Shown piece after piece: positions 43,040 to 51,399 of a DNA stretch of 64,000 nt. Position 1 is the stretch's first letter. Each line of letters starts with the position of its first letter. Position numbers and translations under genes: made by a program. Below the pieces are notes generated by a model. That model worked only from the letters and a program-made list of their open reading frames with translations, was not told the origin of the DNA and did not search any database. The DNA lies in IMG/VR virus record IMGVR_UViG_3300044644_001125, positions 263,257-327,256 of that record; one strand, 5' to 3'.

Positions 43040-43402
43040 ATGAATATGCAAGAAACCTATTTGTTTGAACAGTTCCGTTCTGTATTCCCAGAGATTGAAA
43101 AGCAATTCTATATACCTTATGTTCGTAGTGGTTCTAAACGACATTATCGCTATGACTTTCGGTATCAAAACAAGATAATTGAATTTCATGGTGATTTCTG
43201 GCATGCGCATCCTTTGCTGTATGCCGAAGACTTCGTTAATCCAACTACGAAGAAAACTGCGTTTGAAACTTGGACTTCTGATTATCACAAGAATCAATAC
43301 GCCATTGACAATGGTTATTCTTTACTGGTTGTTTGGGAATCTGATTTTAACGCCAACCGACAAGAAGTTGTTGACCGTTGTACTAATTTCCTGTTAACAT
43401 AA
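43040..43402 (+). CDS. Vsr/DUF559-like PD-(D/E)XK endonuclease, probable free-standing homing endonuclease
   Basis: YRYDFRYQNKIIEFHGDFWHAHP and GYSLLVVWESD motifs; inserted between gp47 and gp46; ATG 43040 follows AGGTGG. Confidence 0.75.
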   Translation: MNMQETYLFEQFRSVFPEIEKQFYIPYVRSGSKRHYRYDFRYQNKIIEFHGDFWHAHPLLYAEDFVNPTTKKTAFETWTSDYHKNQYAIDNGYSLLVVWESDFNANRQEVVDRCTNFLLT

Positions 43403-43430
43403 ACTATCCATCCTACAATTACTGACTATC

Positions 43431-45200
43431 ATGATAACAATTAAGAATCTAACTGCAAAAAACTTCCTATCTATTGGGAATCAAACTCAATCCGTTTCCT
43501 TTGATAATGGGTTATTGACCCTTGTACTAGGCGAAAACCTTGACATGGGTGGGCCTGAAAAACGGAACGGCTGTGGTAAAACGGTAATGGTTAACGCATT
43601 AAGTTACGCATTATTCGGTTCTGCGTTGACTAATATCAAGCGTGAAAACCTTATTAATAAGATAAATGGTAAGAATATGCTTGCCACTGTATCATTTGAC
43701 AAGGATGGTGTTGAATACAAGATAGAACGTGGTAGAAAACCAAATATCTTGAAGTTTTCTATCAATGGAAAAGACCAAGTGCTACAAGATTTGGATGAAA
43801 GTCAAGGTGATTCAAGAGAAACTCAAAAGGCTATTGAAGAAATCTTAGGTATGAAATTGGAGATGTTCAAGCACATAGTTGCTCTGAATACTTACACTGT
43901 TCCATTCTTAGGAATGAAACCAGGTGAACAACGAGAAATCATTGAACAGTTACTTGGTATTACCCAATTGAGTGAAAAAGCTGATTCGTTAAAGGTATTA
44001 GTAAAAGAATCAAAAGATTCGATTGCGACTGAAAACACTCGCATTACTACAGTACAAGCATCGAATGACCGTATTCAACAAAGTATTGAAGCCTTAATTC
44101 GTAAAGAAAAGATGTGGAATGAAACTCGTGATAGAGCAGTTGTTTCTATCAACAAAGATATTGAACGATTAAGTCCAATTGACATTGATGCCGAGATTCA
44201 AGCACAACGAGAGTATACTGTTTGGCATGCTAGTAAGAAAGAACGTGATAGTATTAACTCATTAATTGCAAAGCAATCTACTGCAGTTGAACGAGAAGAA
44301 CGTGTTCTTAAATCACTAGAGCAAGAGTTAGTTCACTTAGCAGAACATAAATGCCATGCCTGTGGTCAAGAGTTACATGACGACAAACATGAACAGTTAT
44401 TAGCTACTAAAAGTGAACAATACCAAACTAGTTTAAAGTCAATTGCTTCACATAAAGAAGAATTAGACTTGTTAGATGAAGCTATCATTACTTTAGGTGA
44501 GATTGGTCCTTGTCCAACTGTTAAGTATGATACCCTAGAACAAGCCTTGAATCACAAGAATACAATTGCTTCACTAGAGAAAGAGTTGGCTAGTAAGTTA
44601 GCTGAAACCAATCCCTACTTAGAACAAATCGAAGACTTGAAAACGACTGCTATTCAAGATGTTTCATGGGACAAAATGAATGAATTAGTCAGAGTTAAAG
44701 AGCACCAAGACTTTCTCTATAACTTGTTAACTAACAAGAATAGTTTTATCCGTAAACGTATCATCGATCAAAACTTGGCATTCTTGAATCAAAGACTTTC
44801 TGTTTACTTAGGTCAATTGGGTCTACCACATCAAGTAGAATTCCAAAATGATTTATCTGTATCGATTACCCAATTAGGTCAAGATTTAGATTTCTACAAC
44901 CTATCTCGTGGTGAGATGAATCGTTTAATCTTGTCTTTAAGCTGGTCTTTTAGAGATGTTTGGGAGAACTTATACCAACCAATCAACTTGTTATTCATTG
45001 ATGAGTTGCTAGATTCTGGTTTAGATTCATCTGGTGTTGAATGTAGTATCTCTGTTCTAAAACAAATGACTCGTGAACGTAACAAGAATGTGTTCTTGAT
45101 TTCACATAGAGATGACTTAACCAGTAGAGTTAATCACGTGTTGAAAGTTATCAAAGAAGGTGGGTTTACTCATTATGCTACTGACGTCGATATTGTCTAA
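43431..45200 (+). CDS. Recombination ATPase subunit gp46 (Rad50/SbcC-like)
   Basis: Walker A NGCGKT, zinc hook CHACG, signature LSRGE, Walker B LFIDE, ISH loop. Confidence 0.92.
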   Translation: MITIKNLTAKNFLSIGNQTQSVSFDNGLLTLVLGENLDMGGPEKRNGCGKTVMVNALSYALFGSALTNIKRENLINKINGKNMLATVSFDKDGVEYKIERGRKPNILKFSINGKDQVLQDLDESQGDSRETQKAIEEILGMKLEMFKHIVALNTYTVPFLGMKPGEQREIIEQLLGITQLSEKADSLKVLVKESKDSIATENTRITTVQASNDRIQQSIEALIRKEKMWNETRDRAVVSINKDIERLSPIDIDAEIQAQREYTVWHASKKERDSINSLIAKQSTAVEREERVLKSLEQELVHLAEHKCHACGQELHDDKHEQLLATKSEQYQTSLKSIASHKEELDLLDEAIITLGEIGPCPTVKYDTLEQALNHKNTIASLEKELASKLAETNPYLEQIEDLKTTAIQDVSWDKMNELVRVKEHQDFLYNLLTNKNSFIRKRIIDQNLAFLNQRLSVYLGQLGLPHQVEFQNDLSVSITQLGQDLDFYNLSRGEMNRLILSLSWSFRDVWENLYQPINLLFIDELLDSGLDSSGVECSISVLKQMTRERNKNVFLISHRDDLTSRVNHVLKVIKEGGFTHYATDVDIV

Positions 45201-45218
45201 AAGATAATCGAATCTACT

Positions 45219-45243
45219 AAGCCCAGTTAATTCTGGGCTTTTT
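45219..45243 (+). terminator. Intrinsic terminator after gp46
   Basis: aagcccag-ttaatt-ctgggctt plus T tract. Confidence 0.8.
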
Positions 45244-45270
45244 GTTGTCTAAAAGATGATTGAAAAACAG

Positions 45271-45298
45271 TTGACATTCCAAAATAAGCCTGTATACT
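45271..45298 (+). promoter_or_regulatory. Sigma70-like promoter for the first DUF1566 array
   Basis: TTGACA-16 nt-TATACT. Confidence 0.65.
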
Positions 45299-45331
45299 AC
45301 GCACAACTTAAACAAAATTAGAGAAACTATC

Positions 45332-45628
45332 ATGAAATTCGAAATAGCACCTAAATCAACTGAGATAGAATCCAACTGGTTTGATGCAAAACTCTATTGC
45401 TTCTCCCTTAACATAGATGGTAAGACTGGTTGGAGATTACCAACAAGGGCAGAACTAAATGAAATTTATGAATCTGATAATGATTTCGTTATTTGCACCT
45501 ACTACTGGACATCTGCTGAATTTAGCGGCACCGGTGCTTGGACTCAACTATTCATTAATGGGATCCAGAACTTCCGCACGAAGGATTACGACAAAAATCA
45601 GGTTAGAGCAGTAAGGGACTTAGCATGA
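45332..45628 (+). CDS. DUF1566/Lcl-C (C-type lectin fold) protein
   Basis: W.DAK.YC..L..DG..GWRLPT..EL, YWTS, VRAVRD motifs. Confidence 0.8.
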   Translation: MKFEIAPKSTEIESNWFDAKLYCFSLNIDGKTGWRLPTRAELNEIYESDNDFVICTYYWTSAEFSGTGAWTQLFINGIQNFRTKDYDKNQVRAVRDLA

Positions 45629-45921
45629 AATTTGAAATAGCACCGAAAGAAACAGAGACCCAAGCCAATTGGGATGATGCCCGTTTGTATTGCTTTGCTC
45701 TTAATATAGATGAGAAAGTTGGCTGGAGATTACCTACTATTAAAGAGTTAAACTATATAAATCGTGTGATTAATGATCTTTCAACCGAAGATTACTGGTC
45801 ATCAATAGAACGACCAGACAAAAGATACGCAGAATGCTATACCACAATCGATGGTGGTTATACGGTCAATACATTAAAACACGATTTAGGCTATGTTAGC
45901 GCAGTAAGGGACTTAGTATGA
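45625..45921 (+). CDS. DUF1566/Lcl-C protein
   Basis: WDDARLYC, GWRLPTIKEL, YWSS, VSAVRD. Confidence 0.8.
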   Translation: MKFEIAPKETETQANWDDARLYCFALNIDEKVGWRLPTIKELNYINRVINDLSTEDYWSSIERPDKRYAECYTTIDGGYTVNTLKHDLGYVSAVRDLV

Positions 45922-46217
45922 ACTTTGAAATAGCACCCAAAGAATACGAGATACGAGGAAACTGGGATGATTCCAGATTCTATTGCTTTGCTCTTAATAT
46001 AGATGGAAAATCAGATTGGAGATTACCAACTAAAGAAGAACTTAACGAAATCTTCCAATCAGCACATGATTTCGAGGATGGCTCGTATTGGTCTTCTACT
46101 CCTTCCGATGTTGATGAGGTAGGCGTGCGGGTTCAAATATTCGATACTAGTGGATTCGAATACTCCGCAATAAAGTCCAGTCCCTACGGATATACCAGAG
46201 CCGTCAGAACAATCTAA
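45918..46217 (+). CDS. DUF1566/Lcl-C protein
   Basis: WDDSRFYC, DWRLPTKEEL, YWSST, TRAVR. Confidence 0.8.
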   Translation: MNFEIAPKEYEIRGNWDDSRFYCFALNIDGKSDWRLPTKEELNEIFQSAHDFEDGSYWSSTPSDVDEVGVRVQIFDTSGFEYSAIKSSPYGYTRAVRTI

Positions 46218-46292
46218 TCGTTGCGAGCCACAAACCAGTAAAATCCCACCAGATAAATAGGTTCACTACCAACCAAAACAAGTGAACCTACA

Positions 46293-46814
46293 ATGACCAG
46301 CAAATCAAAAAACAAAGGCAATACATGGGAACGTGAGATTGCAAATCACTTATCCTCCATTTACAATCTAAAATTTTTAAGATGCCAAGGTAGCGGAGCA
46401 TTCGTCGGAGGTAAAAACACACAGCGAAAAGCAGTATTAGATGCTGGTCAAATCCAAAGTTTCAAAGGTGATATTATCCCACCAACCGAATGGACTTCCT
46501 TTAACAGTGAAGCCAAGAACTATGCAGATTTTCCTTTTCATCAGTTATATTCAGGTGAAGTCAAACAACTTGAAACTTGGCTAGGTCAATTGGTTCAAGT
46601 GGCAGATCCAAATGATATGAATATCCTCATGTTTAAGATCACACGTAAAGGAAAGTACGTTGCGGTTGAATCTGACAAAGGATGGGACATATCACATCCT
46701 CATACCAATTACACTTCAGTTAAGTTTGGCAACTGGCAAATCTTTGATTATGATTCTTTTTGGCAACATAATCATCAATTAGTCAAGCAATTAAGCACTA
46801 TTTCGCCAGACTAA
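46293..46814 (+). CDS. Holliday junction resolvase (Hjc-like PD-(D/E)XK)
   Basis: SKNKGNTWERE, SGA, GDI, EAKNY motifs. Confidence 0.75.
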   Translation: MTSKSKNKGNTWEREIANHLSSIYNLKFLRCQGSGAFVGGKNTQRKAVLDAGQIQSFKGDIIPPTEWTSFNSEAKNYADFPFHQLYSGEVKQLETWLGQLVQVADPNDMNILMFKITRKGKYVAVESDKGWDISHPHTNYTSVKFGNWQIFDYDSFWQHNHQLVKQLSTISPD

Positions 46815-46847
46815 ATATCATTTTATTATTTCTCAAAAACTAATACT

Positions 46848-47267
46848 ATGAAAGATAAGGTAATCGTATATACTGATGGTGGGTGCATTCCTAATCCCGG
46901 AAAGGGTGGTTGGGGTGCTGTACTTATGTGCAACAACAAAGAAAAAGAACTCTTTGGTGGTGTAGATGGTACTACTAATAACCGCATGGAACTAATGGCA
47001 GCAATCCAAGCATTAAATGCCTTAACCAGACCATGTGATGTCACAATCTATAGTGATTCAAAATATGTTGTAGATGGAATCACTAAATGGTATCCCAATT
47101 GGATTAAGAACGGTCGTACCAATTTCGTTAATCCAGACTTATGGCATGCACTGGCTGCAGCAGCTAAACCTCACAATGTCACTTGGCAATGGATCAAAGG
47201 CCATTCAGGAATTCCTGGCAATGAACGTGCCGATGAACTGGCTATGCGAGCTATTGAGTATTGTTAA
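46848..47267 (+). CDS. rnhA: Ribonuclease HI
   Basis: [48 protein letters not shown]. Confidence 0.95.
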   Translation: MKDKVIVYTDGGCIPNPGKGGWGAVLMCNNKEKELFGGVDGTTNNRMELMAAIQALNALTRPCDVTIYSDSKYVVDGITKWYPNWIKNGRTNFVNPDLWHALAAAAKPHNVTWQWIKGHSGIPGNERADELAMRAIEYC

Positions 47268-47355
47268 CTGTTTGTTGACTATTATTTTCTTAATAGTTAA
47301 CAATAAGTGCTGTTTTTCTCTACTAAATAGAGTATAATCAATCTATATCAGAACA

Positions 47356-47545
47356 TTACCGAGACCATCTCAAATATATTTTCACAAAAGTGTTGACAAC
47401 AGGGATTAACTAAGTTACAATTAATCATACTAAAGAATTACCCAAAAGCAGTTTACCGAGACCATCTCAAATCCATACCGACACCAAGTCTATATTTTCT
47501 TTTACTTACAGAGACCATCTCAAATCATTACCGACACCAAGTCTA
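47356..47545 (+). repeat. Direct repeats upstream of the structured RNA
   Basis: TTAC(C/A)GAGACCATCTCAAAT at 47356, 47453 and 47506; the last two are each followed by ACCGACACCAAGTCTA. Confidence 0.85.
47393..47421 (+). promoter_or_regulatory. Consensus-like sigma70 promoter driving a non-coding transcript
   Basis: TTGACA(47393-47398)-17 nt-TACAAT(47416-47421); no ORF of 60 aa or more downstream for >1.3 kb. Confidence 0.7.
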
Positions 47546-47589
47546 CTCGCACAAAAGCAATTACTCAATTATCTTTTAGGCACCCGCCA

Positions 47590-48090
47590 AACTTGCTCAC
47601 CGAATTACTAGATAGAACATAGAAAGGTGAGAGAATTGCTAAGAAAGCCGCGCACAGGCGACCATTACGTGCCCTTAAACCCTGGTCTACTTGAATCACA
47701 GGGGATGGAAGTTCCGACATTAGCAACGGAGATATAGTTCACTACCCCACCAGATGAGTTATGGGATATGCCTTCATACAACCCATTTGAACTATAGCAA
47801 AAACGAATAACCAAGGCTAAAGATGGGTTGAGAAAACCCACGTTTACTAGATAAGGTAGCTGTTGTCTAGTAAGCCACCGTCAGATTAATAAGACTGAGC
47901 TCGAGGTACCGGCTGACCGCCTCTGTAATGCTCTACATGCTACTGTGATGCGATGCTTGTACGCAGAACCCTTGGACGTTTCAGTTCCACAATTAGAAAT
48001 GTCCATTGTCCTTTGAATTAACCCGAGTTTTTCGGGTTAAGATGTTCAGCTCCACAACCCGCAGTGAGGGCTCCGCTGGCGCGTCGCTTT
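47590..48090 (+). ncRNA. Putative large structured non-coding RNA (family not recognised)
   Basis: At least nine hand-identified helices (e.g. 47733-41/47788-96, 47844-53/47864-73, 47974-82/47996-48004, 48018-26/48032-40); more GC-rich than flanks; ORF-free; upstream promoter. Strand inferred from the promoter. Confidence 0.6.
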
Positions 48091-48149
48091 AATAATAGAT
48101 TTAATTATTGATTTTAATAATTGTAGGAGCATATAAGATTAAATGAATT

Positions 48150-48655
48150 CTAAAAGATAATGTACCTAATAGATACCTGCTTAAGCCACGCGCACATACA
48201 TTTTTAGATGCATTCGAACCCATACATTTTAGCTGTTTCCATTCGCGCACATACATTTTAGATTCCATTATAGCTTTTTACCAGATGCACACATACATTA
48301 TAAACTCCATACGAACACATACATTTTAAACTAAAAGATAATTCAATTAATAACTCAACTATAAGATCATCTATAAGACCATTAATATAAACATCAATAA
48401 GAACATCATAACTAAAAGATAATAGATCAGTAATTCACATCATCTATAAGACAATTATCTTTTAGTAATCGACATCATCTATAAGACAATCATTAATACA
48501 TTATCTTTTAGTATTATTCTTTTAAATGGATAGCTACGTCTGGAGTTTATTCATTATCTTTTAGTTTCTATTATCTTTTAATGGATAACTGCGTCTAGTG
48601 GTTTCTATTATCTTTTAGTAATGATCATCAGGTGGATGGGTTCATTATCTTTTAG
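48150..48655. repeat. AT-rich iteron-like cluster, candidate replication origin
   Basis: CTAAAAGATAAT forward at 48150, 48331, 48412 and reverse at 48454, 48500, 48553, 48607, 48644 (variant at 48570); CATACATT x5 (48193-48327); CATCTATAAGAC x3 (48368, 48441, 48476). Confidence 0.6.
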
Positions 48656-48698
48656 TGCGTTCGTCAAATAAATAGGTTCCGGTTCATCGCGGGTTTGC

Positions 48699-48706
48699 TA
48701 TAAATA
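48699..48706 (+). promoter_or_regulatory. T4-type late promoter
   Basis: Exact TATAAATA 36 nt before the 48742 start; gp55 is encoded in the window. Confidence 0.7.
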
Positions 48707-48741
48707 CTTGCAATACCCCATTCGAATAAGGAACCCAATCA

Positions 48742-51147
48742 ATGAAAATGTCAGATGTAGACGTCTTAATAGAAAGTACAATCACCGAAGCTCCCGTTGG
48801 TATGTTAAAGCGAGGAGCTCTAAAAGTTGCCAGTAAACTTGGTAGTCAAAAAGCAGCAGGCGCAGAAGTCACTGCAAACATCGCCAATCAGTTAAAGAAA
48901 GATTATTCTCGTTATCTAGGTGTTACTGGTTACGAGCAAGATAAAGAATCACTTGAAGCATTCTTAAATTCAAAAGGTTTATCTGCGGATTCATTGGATT
49001 CTGCCATTTCTTCTGTTTCGGCTGAAGGTCCAACTGGACAAGATTGGCGAATTGATACCGGTCCAAGAACAGGTGCAGCTAATGCAAGAGTAGAACCAGT
49101 TGTTGATATCGGTTCAGCTACAGGTGAAGTACCATCTCTTGATGGTGACAGCCCAATTGAACAAGCCAGAGCTAAACAAGTTGCAGCACAACAACGAGCA
49201 GTTCAACAAATGAGAGGGCAACAACCAGAACAGCCATCTGAACCAGTTACTAAAACAAATAGATTAGCTGGTATGGGTCAAGGCTACGTTCCACCTATCG
49301 AACCATCAGCTGAACAACCAGAAATTGCACAACCAGAGCCATCTGCTACTGGTGCTCAAGCAGCATCTGCATTAGGTCGATTAAAAACACCACAAAACCC
49401 AATGAAAGGTAGAACTTCTTTAGTTAGCAAGTTAAAAGGCCAGCAAGCAGAACCAGAAGTACCTGCAACTGAGCCAACTGCTACAAGAGAAAGACCTGGA
49501 ATCAGTTCACGTGCTGGTAAAGCAGGTGTTGGCCAACCAAAAGCACCTCAATTCAAATCAGTTAGTGCTATGTCTAAAGCCACTTCTGATATCAAAGCAG
49601 AATTAGATACTAAATTGAATGCAATTGATGCGGCTAAAGACGCATTGGCTAAAAGTCCAAGAAGTCAAAAACTAAAAGATGCTTTAAAACAAGCAGAAGC
49701 AGATTATGATTCATTTGTAGCAAGTGAAATCAAGCCAGCTGACCTAAAAGATAAGTTAGCCACTAAAGTTAACCAAATCAAAACAGGTGAAGAACCAACC
49801 AGTACAAATTCTCCAGTGACAAAACCACAATCAAAATATGGTAAAGGGCTAGCTGCTGTTGGTAGAGCATCTGAAGATCAACAACGAAAACGAAACGCGG
49901 CAATGCCTGCATACAATGCCGCTGCGAACGACTACCTAAATGCCGTGAAAACTGCAAAAACGCAAGATGAAAAAGATGCGGCTACTGCAACTTTTGATGA
50001 GTTTAGAAATAAGTTTATTAAAGATTTTGGGTGGGGAAATGATCCCACTATAAATGATGTTATAATCCCATACCCAACGATACAGTCAACTACTAAACCA
50101 AGTACTACACAAGCTGGGCAGATGGAATTGCCAACTGAAGAACCTACAGCGGCACCTGATGTCGAAAAAGTTCAATCTGCGGTTGACAAAGCACAAGCTG
50201 AGTATGATAAAGTCAATAAAACTGGTATCTCTAAGTCTACTAAAGATAAAAACTTAAAGGCTTTGAATGCTGCTAAAGCAGAACTTGCTAAAGCCACTGG
50301 TACTGAACCCGAAGTAGTACCTGCTCCAAAACCAGTTACTATGAAATCTCCAGTTTCGGCAGTTAAGAAAGAACAACCTGCTGCAGTTAAAGCAGAACCT
50401 AAAGAAGAGCCAACTGATAAAATCGGTAAACTAACAGCTAAAGCACAGGAACTTGCTACTGCATTCAAACAAGACCCATCTAACAAGGAATTGGGTAAAC
50501 AAGCAATGGATGCTATCTCTGCACTTAAAGCGGCTAAAGAAGCCGATGTAGAACCAGAAGATGAAATGGATTACAAACCATCATCAATGGGTAGTGAGTT
50601 TAGTAGATTTGCTAAAGCAATGGCACCATCTAAAACTGCATCAAGTGAAGAAGTTCCACCAACTGAAGATGATGAAGATTCTTGGATGGACCAAGAACCA
50701 ATGCCCAAAGCTAAGAAAGAAAAGGCTGCAAAGAATAAAAAGATGGCATTAGCAGCTAGTGTTGAACATGAGTTCGATTATCTTTTAGCAGAAGCGGCAT
50801 TTAGTAATAAACAGATTGATAAAATCATCTTGGCTATTACTCAAGACAATATCCGTAAAGGAATTATCAGTATTCCAGGAGTACCAGCTAGAACTCAACC
50901 GCAAGCTAGACCTGCGCAAGCACAAGCCCAACGACCAGCTGCTAGTCCATATACCGCTCCATCTACTGGTGGTGCACAATATACACAACAACGTGAACAG
51001 CCAACTGGTAAAAGTCTTGATTTAACTGATTTTAATGTTGAAAGATTGATTGGTGCAATCAATCATTTGATGAAAAAAGAAGAACTTCAACGATATGAAG
51101 AAAGACAACTTAAGAAGTTATTGGATGAGTTGAAAACTTTACGTTAA
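48742..51147 (+). CDS. Low-complexity 801-aa protein, candidate internal virion protein
   Basis: Late promoter; N-terminus MKMSDVDVLIESTITEA; Pro/Ala/Lys/Glu-rich and probably largely disordered. Confidence 0.65.
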   Translation: MKMSDVDVLIESTITEAPVGMLKRGALKVASKLGSQKAAGAEVTANIANQLKKDYSRYLGVTGYEQDKESLEAFLNSKGLSADSLDSAISSVSAEGPTGQDWRIDTGPRTGAANARVEPVVDIGSATGEVPSLDGDSPIEQARAKQVAAQQRAVQQMRGQQPEQPSEPVTKTNRLAGMGQGYVPPIEPSAEQPEIAQPEPSATGAQAASALGRLKTPQNPMKGRTSLVSKLKGQQAEPEVPATEPTATRERPGISSRAGKAGVGQPKAPQFKSVSAMSKATSDIKAELDTKLNAIDAAKDALAKSPRSQKLKDALKQAEADYDSFVASEIKPADLKDKLATKVNQIKTGEEPTSTNSPVTKPQSKYGKGLAAVGRASEDQQRKRNAAMPAYNAAANDYLNAVKTAKTQDEKDAATATFDEFRNKFIKDFGWGNDPTINDVIIPYPTIQSTTKPSTTQAGQMELPTEEPTAAPDVEKVQSAVDKAQAEYDKVNKTGISKSTKDKNLKALNAAKAELAKATGTEPEVVPAPKPVTMKSPVSAVKKEQPAAVKAEPKEEPTDKIGKLTAKAQELATAFKQDPSNKELGKQAMDAISALKAAKEADVEPEDEMDYKPSSMGSEFSRFAKAMAPSKTASSEEVPPTEDDEDSWMDQEPMPKAKKEKAAKNKKMALAASVEHEFDYLLAEAAFSNKQIDKIILAITQDNIRKGIISIPGVPARTQPQARPAQAQAQRPAASPYTAPSTGGAQYTQQREQPTGKSLDLTDFNVERLIGAINHLMKKEELQRYEERQLKKLLDELKTLR

Positions 51148-51153
51148 AACTAA

Positions 51154-51176
51154 AATGCCCTCATTTCGAGGGCATT
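51154..51176. terminator. Hairpin terminator between convergent genes
   Basis: aatgccctc-atttc-gagggcatt. Confidence 0.65.
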
Positions 51177-51187
51177 ATCTTTTAGGG

Positions 51188-51391
51188 TTAGAAGAATGGC
51201 AATCCCGTCTTCGATGTGGTTTCGAGGTTCTCACTGACAATCTCGTTAACCAATTCTCGTTCTTCCCAGCTTAGATGCATTGCTTCATTAAAAGAAAGTC
51301 CCCTCATATACCAACATGTTTTTAAGGCTTCTTTCTTAATTGCCCGTGCGTCAGCATCTAATCTTTTAACTAACTGTAAGATCTCCGGCAC
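51188..51391 (-). CDS. Small ORF, likely the -1 frameshift extension (GT-like) of 51400..52254
   Basis: GTG start without an obvious RBS; in the -1 frame relative to the upstream gene and open back to the T_TTT_TTC heptamer. Confidence 0.6.
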   Translation of the reverse strand: MPEILQLVKRLDADARAIKKEALKTCWYMRGLSFNEAMHLSWEERELVNEIVSENLETTSKTGLPFF

Positions 51392-51399
51392 GGGTAGAT

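Noticed and set aside
43028-43042. TAG read-through or alternative genetic code fusing gp47 to the Vsr-like ORF (in frame right after the TAG)
   Set aside because: gp47 already ends at a typical C-terminus, the downstream ATG has its own AGGTGG RBS, and other TAG stops give full-length conserved genes with no TAG-fragmented ORFs.
47356-47545. Mini CRISPR array
   Set aside because: The repeats are only 20 nt, the spacers are 77 and 33 nt, the second spacer repeats after the third copy, and no cas genes are present.
47701-48057. Possible tmRNA (GGGGATG...CCGAC at the 5' end, CAGCTCCAC at the 3' end, ~355 nt apart)
   Set aside because: The acceptor stem would contain an A.G mismatch, there is no T-arm (GGTTCRANTCC), there is no CCA end, and no tag reading frame was recognised.
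47580-48090. Group I/II intron or RNase P RNA
   Set aside because: The region does not interrupt a gene, and no domain V, P7 core or RNase P CR-I/CR-V consensus was found.
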